Positions 32,001 through 41,000 of a stretch of 64,000 bases of DNA are shown here, piece by piece. Made by a program: the position numbers and the translations under genes. The stretch comes from Candidatus Hermodarchaeota archaeon (GTDB taxonomy: Archaea > Asgardarchaeota > Thorarchaeia > Thorarchaeales > Thorarchaeaceae), in assembly GCA_048885865.1 (NCBI GenBank), contig JBHLLF010000008.1, positions 38,926 through 102,925 of the forward strand, given 5' to 3'. Positions within the stretch are counted from its first letter, which is position 1. The number at the start of each line of letters is the position of its first letter. Under the pieces are notes generated by a model that saw nothing but the letters and a program-made list of their open reading frames with translations, was not told where the DNA came from and made no database searches.

Positions 32001-32040
32001 TGATGACCATGAGCATCTTTGCAATCGATGATCTCGTCAT
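20080..32040 (-). CDS. Giant-3: 3986-aa single-pass surface protein; DNRLRE-like domain, one DUF2341-LamG cassette, Ig-like stalk, TM helix, ~405-aa cytoplasmic tail
   Basis: Hydrophobic N-terminus (MLMVIITVLLVTA); FQFPAEVPRGAVVTSARLEL; KYRKVITIDH...GVWHLDE...WHHVVVT...FDEIRVS; many G.Y.I..[DN]T beta-repeats; TM AFIIALALIGVFW followed by basic RRVLKVPK. Confidence 0.95.
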   Translation of the reverse strand: MTRSSIAKMLMVIITVLLVTAPPSMNSVTYSSPQNMFVPTTPRSGSHLVSEGISATGTGAALPVTFSGLVTDSRTFYLDSGTSSSWNSYTPSDWEKDAVAVRIDDLLKTTDNMLSNGLLNDYHAEKWLGYGYNSEDILVPNSWTLTDNEVGGGSGRNAHPHHGMFELVDNAGAGYEDSMGWILEAIWSSGNLLSSSDEIYLSQTVQVAAQDVTSAQIKFLYNPMATCDLEDQTYLFVRLSGYEVKLHVLEPGDTLNSWLTAEVEIPSIAFESLSTTNALTMSIGLGTDLSGTQATGRTSRIYIDEIELALDIVPFTENIELKTNATVFESYDAYSISPYVPDSQYIAGESSRDCRSWPSTGVHLDGRLGDGIQEVGVYGVNADWSDAQAYEIAFQFPAEVPRGAVVTSARLELEGAAGASANRAGMRILVADQDNMAPFTPGFPVLKDRYQWVDTSVDWYPTGSWTDGVRYSSPDFAALVQLVVSREGWYDGNYLCVMLEYAGSTGYQDYNNAKGSSDYAQEDLARLYIDYIIPSSDPPALEFEGDFTTLEFTTNSTQLIKADITMLVEMSRISDSLSESLTPGTSYAAENASHTTWTANVLVSPPPNMTDISFSLSYPHRHWGVLSIKDPLGVTKTTPEHWTNGNGVLAVHSISGSEYGIWKLQFEQDTSMMDVQTGKGGGALGATTSLTINEEIEVRAWTAWEDDERIEFSLIAPDDSIWYSTSNTTLGSSSHVLPSFKYRKVITIDHTQVAADLVEFPVLIDILDADLHNPAKVQSDGDDVLFVQNGVILAHEIEVFEQDYDATYAHLIAWVKANLSGSIDTPIEMYYGNQYVNSQENPEAIWSNGYTGVWHLDESPSGIADEIQDSTPNSNDGHTRGSMNDQDSVVAKVGYGLELDGTDDAIVIPESLSLDSLSDIATLETWINWANVSDGTYQRLMTTSNRFLEAPNTHHDGLEWAVNGAGNCFFYPWGGNSTNYNYVTAPFTNGIWHHVVVTMDYNSKEVILYMDGIPLTLLVELVPTGWTQLANLDDWIWGGNSPHVPEGSALATFDEIRVSSIVRSPQWIATEHANQDNPSGFYSIGSETPRPTSELSMRKIIDSSAPAGLWTIAAFHNTTGVLGGHLVSIIEREFIVRHDAAMTLSAPSDALGDGLSVRVVGDMIQVEVELRDSLSSDLITGADVLVNWTILGAPTQVTLNDYGTGTYGIALNTSDLETLGRWRVEVVSYDEYYNNATVYFDLDIQHEILIIPRTTSKTPYGDDFDFKIDIQDSFDATPVIGAVITSNGSILDVTDYNNGTYQILLDGSGYGIGSHYFQLNANPSESYLLGSSQIVCLDVEKIETILQSHGTDPADVPWGQDVNVTLGWYDTDHSLLGINGGTISGDSILAWTDLNNGNYSIRIDVSAYAPGLYLFNYSVSKANYCGASVRVWVNVIPHRTYIVVTYNSSVPVGADTYVTVTLHDLDMGGALIQGNFSQITAEWIEDNAVYGTMQFWIQTDTWMLGNHIVNLTLDTVSSPRFYFDAKTAIEIRIRKLQVSMTWEHVDTFPIGDDFEIFLQLNVSDPASQFHDDYIDGLTSAYFSAQDQSGTPYTIKTLTDLGMGIYSLTIDQLNFPGGSYTVRIFLTFSPAEDYRSIQTPIIAFTYRAARSYVSSPDYPEAITPYSSNISVTIIYEDIDRAQGIAGATIDAIGASIISVTYIGDGGYLVLLDTASWSIGLYGVDFTASAPDYESQNISISIRVRIIRTYAIGTVGTLDIPVGDSAFFYVDYIDMDHNVAIDFATGICNWTIAHYTIQWTGVRYKITINTFDTDVLGDYLLLFNLTKSANMEVGHFSIVVTIRTITTEFRLITLPEPTTPTGSIYISVYYGDRDHYTGIVSALIECTVFNDTGAVLRLWSNETSPGYYNITIEAFQFGGLGTQHLKVMFNWTGGIQKYHNMFLEVDARIIGEGSILSLIDAALPSPCLSNMSYTFLYASSSSGIGITNETGNVLVSVTFSGLIIDRSQIDVWETDRIGNPGYYSIRFNTTVLRKTGLFSMNVFINWSKGVSPYYTNRTDAISIRILPRETLLSVIPPTSVAYGENATFSFSYEDVTGGTSTTIGYNESVMSIQVSLSQFSLSYNPVSGEFTISFNTSQFGPPLGERTFTLDITWHGIPFYANHTGRTITMIVTARQTSLSYPTPPETPYSENATFTLHYLDVTGASTRGIFGATIVLKNESTVIPLAYHQVLDFGDGRYRIEIDTSYFSQPGYYSISVEVYSSTFYLQNKTGVRVLSITYRPTILISDPVNPVPFQESIRIILRYQDLVTLTSISNVTGARTYVSILNGTDWIFTCTWRDSFQDYLLVVETYNQGLDIHRPYLLSLNFSYEEQVPFYTWASIDISFKLTFRDTQTTLESAPSPAPYLDRVNFTVVYRDSVSLSGISGGEIIIHHGIIQLAELVDFTVDDLMNGQYLISIKTTSLGIPGAKSIEVTANWTAGSPFYGAAVLNVGLSVTGRPTNVEILLPPSQTQYLDNVTFQFAYVDIETGQAIAISTDEVAIYSGGVLLISSDYMIARLGTAFEASINSTVLSSNLVYKWNVTVLVNWNGTSPYYLDDRTAVLVTTSSRQGVVSPSQIIATPMGDNVTLNFAYNDRDTGAAISGAIIGFSCIERPALLEGIDYWILEGVGPERGIYTVHVDSNALGQTGQFTFLLSVSWNPGVSPYYANLTGIRMTGVVRLVYASVSYDLPSPSVVPYLEIVSFVLNFTDIDHAQPIGGAEAFITLEYKSTGLEPQSWNVVPLGGGLYNITANMSDLIAPGLQTFIIRIDYMPYQSLQFETPVQVRLRNAIVTGTIGPTNYAGYSTYALVTISDFDAGDRSLDGADLDIEWGDAVGWIGLGNGVYNITLDTTNLNYGTQSLNITATLDYYDIQTLRMSVILLSVPSDLAISWTGPRSYNPTEIYWGEMLEVYAAYNDTLRGVLIAGAQVTYSWVGGNGSFSGTLIPGNYTSFIDTIHGSTTGTMVLTVSARAPNYLLATEQIAFRLLPRPMDLAPEGGMYSFNVNQQSDKNITVFLEDTLSGILVDGATLHANWEFGSNISLVDVPGMPGYYWFTISTKLAETMSYQIIISASKQNYTSASLALTMTVTQILIELEPDALTSTYQYTSINWSQVVRIGVYVVVPEANITIPTCSVTWYSPELAANGTLVNGSSIGGPGYFYFDFDTSLTTATIHNFRITANAIGRNFTEAVYSLVLVIGNLPTTTLAPGYMSINWGWSGIINVTYQDLYNGVGIIDADSSFSWALGSGVLQHQGNGVYSIPVNTSLVRPGTYRISIGFSKLNYDDSESSITFRVEPAPTEAVIVASSYYFGDESGTLLHVPYGEALLVSILYNNTYLNRGIAGATIVTAHYSGPGFFERELEIQGTPLGTYSFNFDSNDWELLDQFVFTIALSLENRTSASLVFEIKIIEIPTGLEVIGSSVLSVLYNQEISIEVFYYDTWPGHDSEGIIDANLVVTGDIDSYLDITSVTPAGADGYYIITLVALSRPGTAELDVVVNRTNFQEQRIRFTISVSPSETDILVQNMLAYGPAFIIALALIGVFWRRVLKVPKMVRRISAMLRQLTRGKIPKTDKTIKSRHELVSELFNEMGDPIGLSRGIEGLAAEPIVIDIPVIEEMIIDLSILTDMTPEELEEFRQAVSKMKGSEQVSFAREVIAQEAVRIAQERNTTVEEVLEEVRQERISLIGGEVTDSRPLAQIYGISEPTEWAEVEKAPEARLTESELAEMRSQLIARGLPIHEVDSLIEQARQLPKDVGEMLLKGVGQAVDMHETKEDVAYLTDSEIEMLRVQLREEGAELQEIEKILDQARGVPRALAMELLEGFREDHEVKKKPEPPETMTEDELVALRGRLFIKGTPEEEIENIIEQAKKVPRDLVSEFLQEVEGLAPVDEDVVEFEDRLSEMDIEDLRKELKKRGLPEEEIKSILKQARNLPAALVDELLKSIDSEKK
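20098..20778 (-). repeat. Four ~46-aa helical repeats in the giant-3 cytoplasmic tail
   Basis: RLTESELAEMRSQLIARGLPIHEVDSLIEQARQLP / YLTDSEIEMLRVQLREEGAELQEIEKILDQARGVP / TMTEDELVALRGRLFIKGTPEEEIENIIEQAKKVP / RLSEMDIEDLRKELKKRGLPEEEIKSILKQARNLP. Confidence 0.92.
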
Positions 32041-35000
32041 GGCTCTGCACCCCCATCACCCAGAACGGTTCTCACCAATTCATCCACAAGACTTCTTGGT
32101 AGATTAGCTACCTGTTTCATAATTGATTCAATCTCTTGCTCTGGAAGACCTGCTCCAATCAGCCGTTTTCTTAGCTTTGCCAACTCGGATTCTGATAGTC
32201 TATCAGCATCCGCCTCTGTGGAACCGTCATCATCAATTGGCTTCGCAGGTTTTTTCTTTCCAATTCCTTCATCCCTGATCAGGGGTCTTCCTTCAATCAC
32301 TGCACGAGCCTGAGTTGCAAGGTCCTCCAAGAAACGCTCTAGAGATTTGCCTTCTGTTTTCGCCTGTTTTATTGCTTGTTGAGTGATGACTTCTTTGGTG
32401 AAAGCGACCTGTTCACTAAGCTTCATCTTTGAAACTTCTTCCCTGAAGTCCTCAAGTTCTCCGGGTGTCATATCCGTAAGGATGGTCAGCTGAATGAGCA
32501 GTTCTTCTATTTCGGGAACATCAATCCTGACTGAGAATCTGGGCATTGCATCTGGTTGCTTTGTGACTCCAACTCCTGCGCAGGTTTCATTGAAAAGAGC
32601 AGCGATGATTTCTTGTCGATCTTTGATGCCATCAGGTTTCTTAGGAACCACTCCGTGCTTGAGCGCTTTTATCATCTTGTTCAGTTTTTTCAGCATCTCA
32701 GGTAGTCTGAAGACTCTTGACCATAGAATTGCGCCTAATATAACGATTGCAATGGTTGGCAAGCCGTATAGTATTGCACTCTGTATGAGTAGGTCGGTGG
32801 AACTTGGCTCAACTGCAATAGTGATTGAGAATTCTGATGATTGGTGATTCTGTTTCGACAGGATAATCCTGATTACGGAGCTTCCCTCTTCAAATTGAGA
32901 TGATATAGTTATAACGTACCAGCCGCCTCCGTTCGCGTCAGACTCATTCGAACGGATGATAACATATCTTGTATTGAAACTCGTAGCATTGACAATTCCA
33001 TTCTCAATGCCAGCATTACCATGAGTTGGCCAGATGTCGATATACCTTACTCGAATTTCATGCGTCTGACCAAAGGAGAGACTTATCGAGGAAAGCCCGT
33101 CATATATGAGTGTGGTTGGAACGATTACTATGGTGATATAGACACTGATAGTCGCTGTAGTTCTGTTTTCAAGTCCGATTTTTACAATCAGATGATAGGG
33201 CTCATCGACTACAAACCATCTGCTGGAATCGAAACCTATTGTATAATTGCCGCCAGATAGTTCGGCTATGGGCAGACTCTCCTTATCCGATATCATCGAG
33301 GGATGTGTGAGAACTGCTTCTAGGTATGTCGCTCCTGTGATTCCTCGTAGGTAGGTTGTATCGTTGTACAGACATATGACATTAAGCAAATCCCCATGAG
33401 GGACTATTAGATTCGTTGGGTCATCCTCTTGCATATTCACTTCGTCTGCATATACCTCAATCTCTGTGGGAACGCTAAGCACTACAAGATTGAACACTCC
33501 TGTTCCACTCTCATAATTCTCCTTCCATAGATTGAGAATGATCGGATGTGTGCCTGGCCTTACGAGCGAAGTATTAACAAAGACTGAATAAGACCCGTTT
33601 CCGAGGTATGACGCCTGATCTTCGCCTCCATCCCACTCAATATATGCATAGGCATCATTTACACCCACGTTTCTAATGAGGTCCCAATAGGTGAAGCTCA
33701 CATAGCCGCTCCAACCCCATATGTGAGTTGCTGTCTCTGGAGATCCTACCCAGGTCTTCAGACGCAATACTGTCAGTGTTGTTGTGTTGGACGCTTCCGA
33801 GAATGTCTTGTTTGTAGGCACTGCAGATATTCTAATCGTATAGGTAGATGCTCTGAGGTCCTCAGTATCAAAGTCGTAATAGAAATAGCCTGGTCCTCCA
33901 AGTAGAGTTCCATTTTCAAAGAGACCATTTATGGATGTCCCAGACACTGACCATGAAACAAGGCAATCTGATAGGCCTGTAGAGTATGGATCACCTGGAT
34001 TCAGACTCGGCACCAGAACATAGACCCCTAGTCGGACAACATCAGTCCAATTGAATGCTCTGTTGACATAAGTTTGAGTGGTAGCATCCAACCAGAGAGT
34101 AGAAGTTATTTGGACAATCTTGACAGATATTATACCGAATGCTGTCATGTAATTGTCCTTCTTCAAAACGAGATTGAGTGTATAAGTGCCAATGTCCTTG
34201 GCCCCTGTGTTCATCGACCCCGAGTAGTAGCCAGGTTCACCGGGGACTGCAGGAATATAGAACGGCGCACCCGGAGTGTCGCTCCAATACGCTTCAATGA
34301 ATGCACCAGATAATGGAACACCGTTGTGGGTGTCATTCACAAAGACTGTGACATTTACAGGTTGACCTCTGTAAAGGTCCTGGGATTGAAGTCCGCCCAT
34401 CAATGTCATCTCTGTTGGTAGTTTGAGAACATTGACTGTGACTTGAGCTGTTGCTGTTTGGTAGTTCTGATAGGAAGCAGTTATTATGACAACATAGGTG
34501 GTCGCCCATGCAAGCCTCCCTGTGTCAAGGCTAAAGGAATAGTTGCCTGGTGTATTCTCGCTTAGCGAGCCTGCCAGTGTTCCAAACTCATAGGTGAGTG
34601 ATGCCAGAGATATTGGCAAGTCATGCAATGTATCATTATAGATAGCTGAGATTGTTACATTCTCACCCCAGTATACATCTGGAACATTTGAAGTAGGAGT
34701 TAACTCAGCTGGGATTGGTCGAACCTCAATATTCACACTTATGTCGGATATGAAATAGTCAGACAGGCTGCCAGCCACTTGGAGAGTGTAGGCTCCCGCG
34801 TTAAGAGCGGAGCTCCATAAAGTGATTTCATAAAGACCATTTCCCAAGTCTACATAGGTAGAAGAATCAGCCCATGATAGAGCTAAAGATGCACCGGAAA
34901 GTGGCATATCAAAGGCATCTCTATCAACAAGCTCAAGGACCACTATCGCATTCTCTCCTTTCCAATTGTTCACTTGCGAACGGACAATCAGCTCGCCATC

Positions 35001-38000
35001 TCGAAGCCTGATCTGAAACGGAATCTGCAGTTCAGCAATTTGGTAGGGATAGAGGTCAATCTCGACAATTAGAGCATCTGTCCCTGAAGCTGCTGCATCT
35101 GAGCAGTTTACAGTTAATTGATAGACTCCTGGAGATACAACATAGATGTTCCAAATGGATGGGGCCAATCCAGTTGATTTATACCGCACATTGGCAACAG
35201 CCTCTGCACCAGTGATTTGCACAGAATGATCAAGGTCCGTGAAATTAAGCACCACTGAGCAGTTATAGTAAAGCGGCACAATCGATGGATTTGGTATATC
35301 ATTAGTGAGAAGTGCTTGAACCAGTCTCACAGATCCGGTGAGGTACAATGTCGTGGTGTTTCTGTAATATGGGGATGTTCCAGAGTCCCATAGCAGTTTC
35401 AGTCTAAATGTGAAGGTTCCTGATGATCCCAAAGCATTCGAATCAACGACAATCTCGTATGATCCTTCCCCTTGAGTGTTTCTCAAGACCCAGAAGTCGA
35501 CATTTTCAACAAGATTCGAGGGATTAAGGCAATCGAAATCTACTAGTGCCCCACTTATTGCCAAGCCATTTCCTTCATCCACAAAAGTGGCAATCAGACT
35601 CATGTTGTCTCCTATGGGGACGGTAGGAGGCTGATCTAAAGTAACCAAGCCGATACGATTGGTGGTAGTGATGCTCATAGACGCCTGGTCGGAAGTATAG
35701 AAAGGTGCAACAAGAGGACTCCAATTGACCACCAATGTCAGATTCCAGTTGGATACAAGTCCAGTTCCGAGAATTGTTGAGTTTATCTCAACATAATAGT
35801 CTCCAAGAATTTCGACAAAACTGAAGTCATCTTGCTGAAGCTGGACTCCACCACTGAAGATGGTGACAAGACTCTTGGTGATAGATATTGATTGGTCCTT
35901 ACTGACGTCGCTATATCTGAAAGAGAAGGTTAGATTGTCTAGGTAGGCAGCTTGGTTTGGCGGCACTACTATGTCAGTTCTCGCAGCACGCTCAACAATG
36001 CTTAATCCAACGCTGAGTGATGAGTTTCTATGATAGGGTGCTCCCAGCAGCCAATTTGCTCTCACCTGGACAATATGAGATCCAAGTCCGGCAAGTGAAG
36101 TTGAGTCAATAGAAATGTAATACTCTCCGCCTGGAATGGCGTTTACAAAGTACTCAATATCCTCTACGAGTTCTGTGATGCCATAGTAGATGTCAATCTC
36201 CCCATTCTCAATACCCGAAATCAAATCTAGGTCTTGATAGAGTATTGTGAAATTGACTAGATCGAGATAGGCCGTAGGCATTGGAAAATCAGTTAGCTGC
36301 AGAGATGATGATCTATACCTAAGCTCGAAGGATAAATAGACGTCTGACCATCGATAAAATGGAGCAACATCAGGATAGCTCATTCTAATGAGAAGCACAT
36401 AGGGCTTGCCAATTTCCAGCATCTGATTGTAGGTTTCTATGACGACAAGATAGTCTTGGGAAGATGATCTCCACTGCGAATCGAATTCCCACGAGCTTCC
36501 ATTGAGAATCTCTATTCCAATGGGTTGGCTGCCGTTTCCAATGCTCTCCGTAGTTAGCAGGTCCTGATATTGCAGGATTGCATTGAGTGAGTCGTTGAAT
36601 GGTATAAGCCCTATTGGATTTGCAGTAAGAGTTGTGAGTCGATATTGAATCTGAAGTGACCTTGTCGCGGAGGCTTCAGGGATGTAGAAATTAGAAGATA
36701 CAATTACTACTGTCAGATCATATATGCCTGGAGTTGTGAAGTAAGTCGTGTTGAACTCTACTTCATAGACCCCTCCGCCAAGCGCCAATACTGAGTAATA
36801 GACAGCAGGTATTGTGCCAATGCTGTCTTCCAGAGTAATAGTGCAGCCATCAATTGGCACTGATGGATTCTCAGTAACATCGAGATAGTTCACAGTGAGA
36901 GTCAGATTTGATTTAAAGGGAGTTGGAGGAGGAGTTGGATATTCAATCACTGTTTCCCTATAGAGTACTGTAATGAGCACAACGCGGTTCGTAACATTCG
37001 CATAAAATGGAGTCCCTACCCAACTGACAGAGATCGTGAATGACTTCGAGCCAATTGACGCTCCCAATACACTTGTGTTGAATGAAATGTGGAAGGTCAT
37101 TGTCGTATCATTGTACCAAAGGGAATAGTCAGCAAGACTAAGAACTACACTCATCTGAGGTTGCTTCGCTATCGGCATAAGAATTACATCTGTGGCATCA
37201 TCAAAGGTAAAGCTAAGGGTTGCATTCACTCCATATGGCGTACTATCTGGAGGATTAACTGACAGCAATGTATTCCTTGCTGTCACTCTTACTTGTACAA
37301 CACTGGTCTTATTCGGATAATATGGTGCTACTCCGGCTGACCAGTTAAAGTATACAATCATAGTGAACAAACCAGGTTTACCAAAGACCGTGCTGTTGAA
37401 CTGGATAGTGTATTGTCCAGGATTGCCAACAGGATCAATTTCCCCAATATCTATCAAAGAATCATCGATAGACTCGCCAACAAACACGATATAGACGTGG
37501 ACGTCCTGAGTTGTGTAGTTGGATATCCCGTCCCCACTATAGAGCTCACTGTAGACATAGAGATAGCTCATGTTTTCCAAGTACGCAGTTGGACCGGGTG
37601 AATCAAGGAGTGTTAGCTTGGACTCTTCACCAATTATGTTGACTGAAGCGGAGGTCGTTCCATTGAAGAACTTCGGACCAGGACCAGTCCAATTGAGGTA
37701 GACTGTAAAGTTATAGAGCCCTGTCGATCCAAAGACTGAAGCCGAAATGCGTAGGATGTAGTATCCGCTTCCTAGTGATGTATCATTATCAAGAGAAAGG
37801 AAGGATATTACTCCAGTCTGGTTTCTTACTAACACATCAATGTTGGATGACCAAATGCCTACATCATTGTCGAGGTCTCCATAGTAAAGGGAAACATTGA
37901 CCACTCCTGCGTAGCTGGTTGGTTCAACAATACTTCCCAAACGAAACTCTGTATAGTGAGTTCTGAGATTAATGCTGACATTGAAGTAGCCAAACTGATA

Positions 38001-41000
38001 GTTCTGGCCCTTTGAAAAGTTGAAGAGAATTAGATAGCTGCCCAAAGGATCAGAGTCGAAACTTGCGAAGTCTACCCTATACTCAGATCCTGTCCAGAAT
38101 ACAGCTAGGCTATGAGTCCAGTTATGACTTAATGATGCGCCTATGATTGGTTCATCATTAGTAATATCCCAATAGTCCACATAGAAAGTGTATGTGTCTC
38201 CTAATGGCAGATCAATAGATGTCACAGTGGGACGGGCATACGCATATGCAATTTGCACAATCACCTCGAAAGCAAGTGTCTTAGCTTCATAACCAACTGC
38301 ATCTGCGGTGAGATTAACTGAGTGGCCGCCTTGATTCCAACCGAATACAACGATGATCACATCATAGTACCCATCACCAACGTGCTGCCAAACAATCGAA
38401 GCTCCCTGAGCAGTTATTGATCCCGTTGTTATATTGAGGCTTCTATCGAGATCAACGTAATGAAGAGAAACCGTGACATTTGTGTTGTAGGTAGTTGCAA
38501 CCTGAGGATATTCCTGTGACGAGAGAGATGCACGAGTAGCCCTGTAGGTGAAAATGATCATGGGTGTCTGAGTGTCTTCATAAATTTCTGCAGGGAGGAA
38601 GTCTAGGAAGATGGTGATCTTATAGTCGCCTTCGAAGAATGCTCCTCCTCCAATTACCAGCCTATAACGCCCATCTGCCAGAAATGTCACTGAGATGGCA
38701 TAAGGGCTTCCTGTATCATTTTCAGCGGAGAAGTATCCTGACGCAATTCCATTTATTGGAATTCCGTCCACTGCTGTTCCGGGTTCAGTGACATTCACAT
38801 GAAGGAACATCTCGAAGTCATCGCCGTTGGGGATTGGGTCGAGATGCTCCCAAGTCAAGAATACATTTAGTTTCCGCACCTCTACTTGACTTGTTATGAG
38901 GGCATCGTCGTAGAATCTTGGTGAGCTAATTGCTTGCAGTGTCACGTTGATTTCATGGATGCCGACAGCCCATCCACTCGTGTCAAGCCAGAAGCCATAC
39001 GAGAAGAATGTGTCTGAGCCTCCAACCCATTCCACAAGTATGAGACTAAGATTGCCTGAGGGGATGAGTTTGGAACCTCCATCAAGATCAATGTATGAAA
39101 CACTCAGATAGGTTAGAGAACCCACAGGTGTGGTGGAGTTGATTTCGAGGCCCAAGGATGTTCTGTGAGGTATTATATTCAGAGTGATTGAGGCTGTTGC
39201 ACTCTGATAGTTCTGCTTTGAGACTGTCAGATGAATAACATGCGTTCCCAAGGCGTAATCACTTGTGTCGACTGTGACTCCATAGCTGCCATCGCCAAGG
39301 TCAATGAATTGAAGAGAGGCCGTTGATGTAATCGTGCCTCCAAGAATCCCAATACCTCCATTGTCATTATCATACCATTGAAGCGTTGTATTGACTGTTT
39401 GACCATATGGGACTTCAGCAGGATTTGAACCGGTTGTAATTGCAGTTGTTTTGATTGTCCGATATGTAAATGTGACATCCAAAAAGCACGACATCACCAG
39501 TGGATCAATAGGTTCGGCTGTTATCCTGAAGACATGAGTACCAATGTTATACCCTGAGCTATTGATTGAAATCAGATAGGTCCCATTTCCATAATCAACG
39601 GGCGATAATGAGAATGTTCCATTTGATGTGATTGTCGCTCCACTGATTAGTGAATTATCAAAAGCATCTCTAAGATTCACCTTCACTATGAAATCTTCAC
39701 CATAGGGAATGGGATTCGGAGGCATAGACGTGAGATAGCTCCTGTGCGAGAGATCAATATCCACATACTCTGTTGCATTTGCGTAGTATTGGTGATAAGA
39801 GCTGAATTCAATCCTCCATCTTCTCGCTTCGCCTAGATCAGAAGTGTTCAGTGTTTTTCCATATCGACCATTTCCGAAATCATTCAATTGGACTAATGTT
39901 GGTGTGCCTAGAACAGTCCAGTTTATTGTGACGGTGGCTCCAGTCACAATGTTGGAAGTCACTGTATCTATGAGTTCAACCTCCAAATACACCTCATCAC
40001 CCGCTTCTCTTGAGGCAATATGGTCAGAGAGCGCGTCTGATGGAGCTGTAAGACCAATCGCTGCTGAATGAGTTACAATGAAGTTTCTACTGAGGGTCCC
40101 TACACTCCCGCCCGGTAGACCTGTGCTGCTCCTATATCTTATTCTAGCAGTCCAAAGACCTTCTGACGCTGAGGCGTCAAGATTGATGTCGGACGTTGTA
40201 TAATTGCCAATGGATTCTTCCAAACCAATTGTAACGAAACTCTGTGGATCTGCCTGATTCTGATGTTCAGTCCAAATCCAATCGCTTGAGCGTGCTACAC
40301 TCGATACACGCACTTCATCGATTTGCCCTAGCCATGGAAATGACCAAGCCTTAGCTTCTGGATGGTCTCCATGACCGATTCTAAATGGTTCAGGCAGAGC
40401 CGATAAAATGTCATCATTCTTTTCCAAGGATGCTGGATCAGGATTTCCATCTATATAGAATCGCATATGGGTGCCATTATAGACCGCAACCACGTGATGC
40501 CACTCATTTGGTGCGAAACTCTGGGACGTTCCCAAGGAATAGTCGCTGCCATGTAGATTGAAATTGATGTTTTGACTATTCTGCGGCATAACCAGTCGAT
40601 AGCCATTGTACCATCCCTTGTGATTAAGAGGGCCCATATTTGGATGCGTTGCAGGATATTGCATCCAGAGCTGGAGAGTGATTTCGGATCCGGTGATATC
40701 GAGACTTGTGTCATTTCCGCAGTCAATGAAGTGGTCAACAAAGTCCTGTCCAAAGCCAATAGCTCCGGGTGTCTGTGTGGGAACATAGCTCGAATTCCCC
40801 AGTCCGCCTTGTCCATGATTGGCATAGATGCTGCTGTCAGCATACTCATTGGCAAGACCAGTCCCAATCTCTCCGAGATGCCATACCCCTGCGTAGTTCG
40901 AGTCCCAGACGCCTGCAGGATTCTCTCGATTTGGAGCATATGGATTCCCATAGTACATTGATATTGTAGTGTCTGCATTGGCCGAAAGATGTGGAACCTC

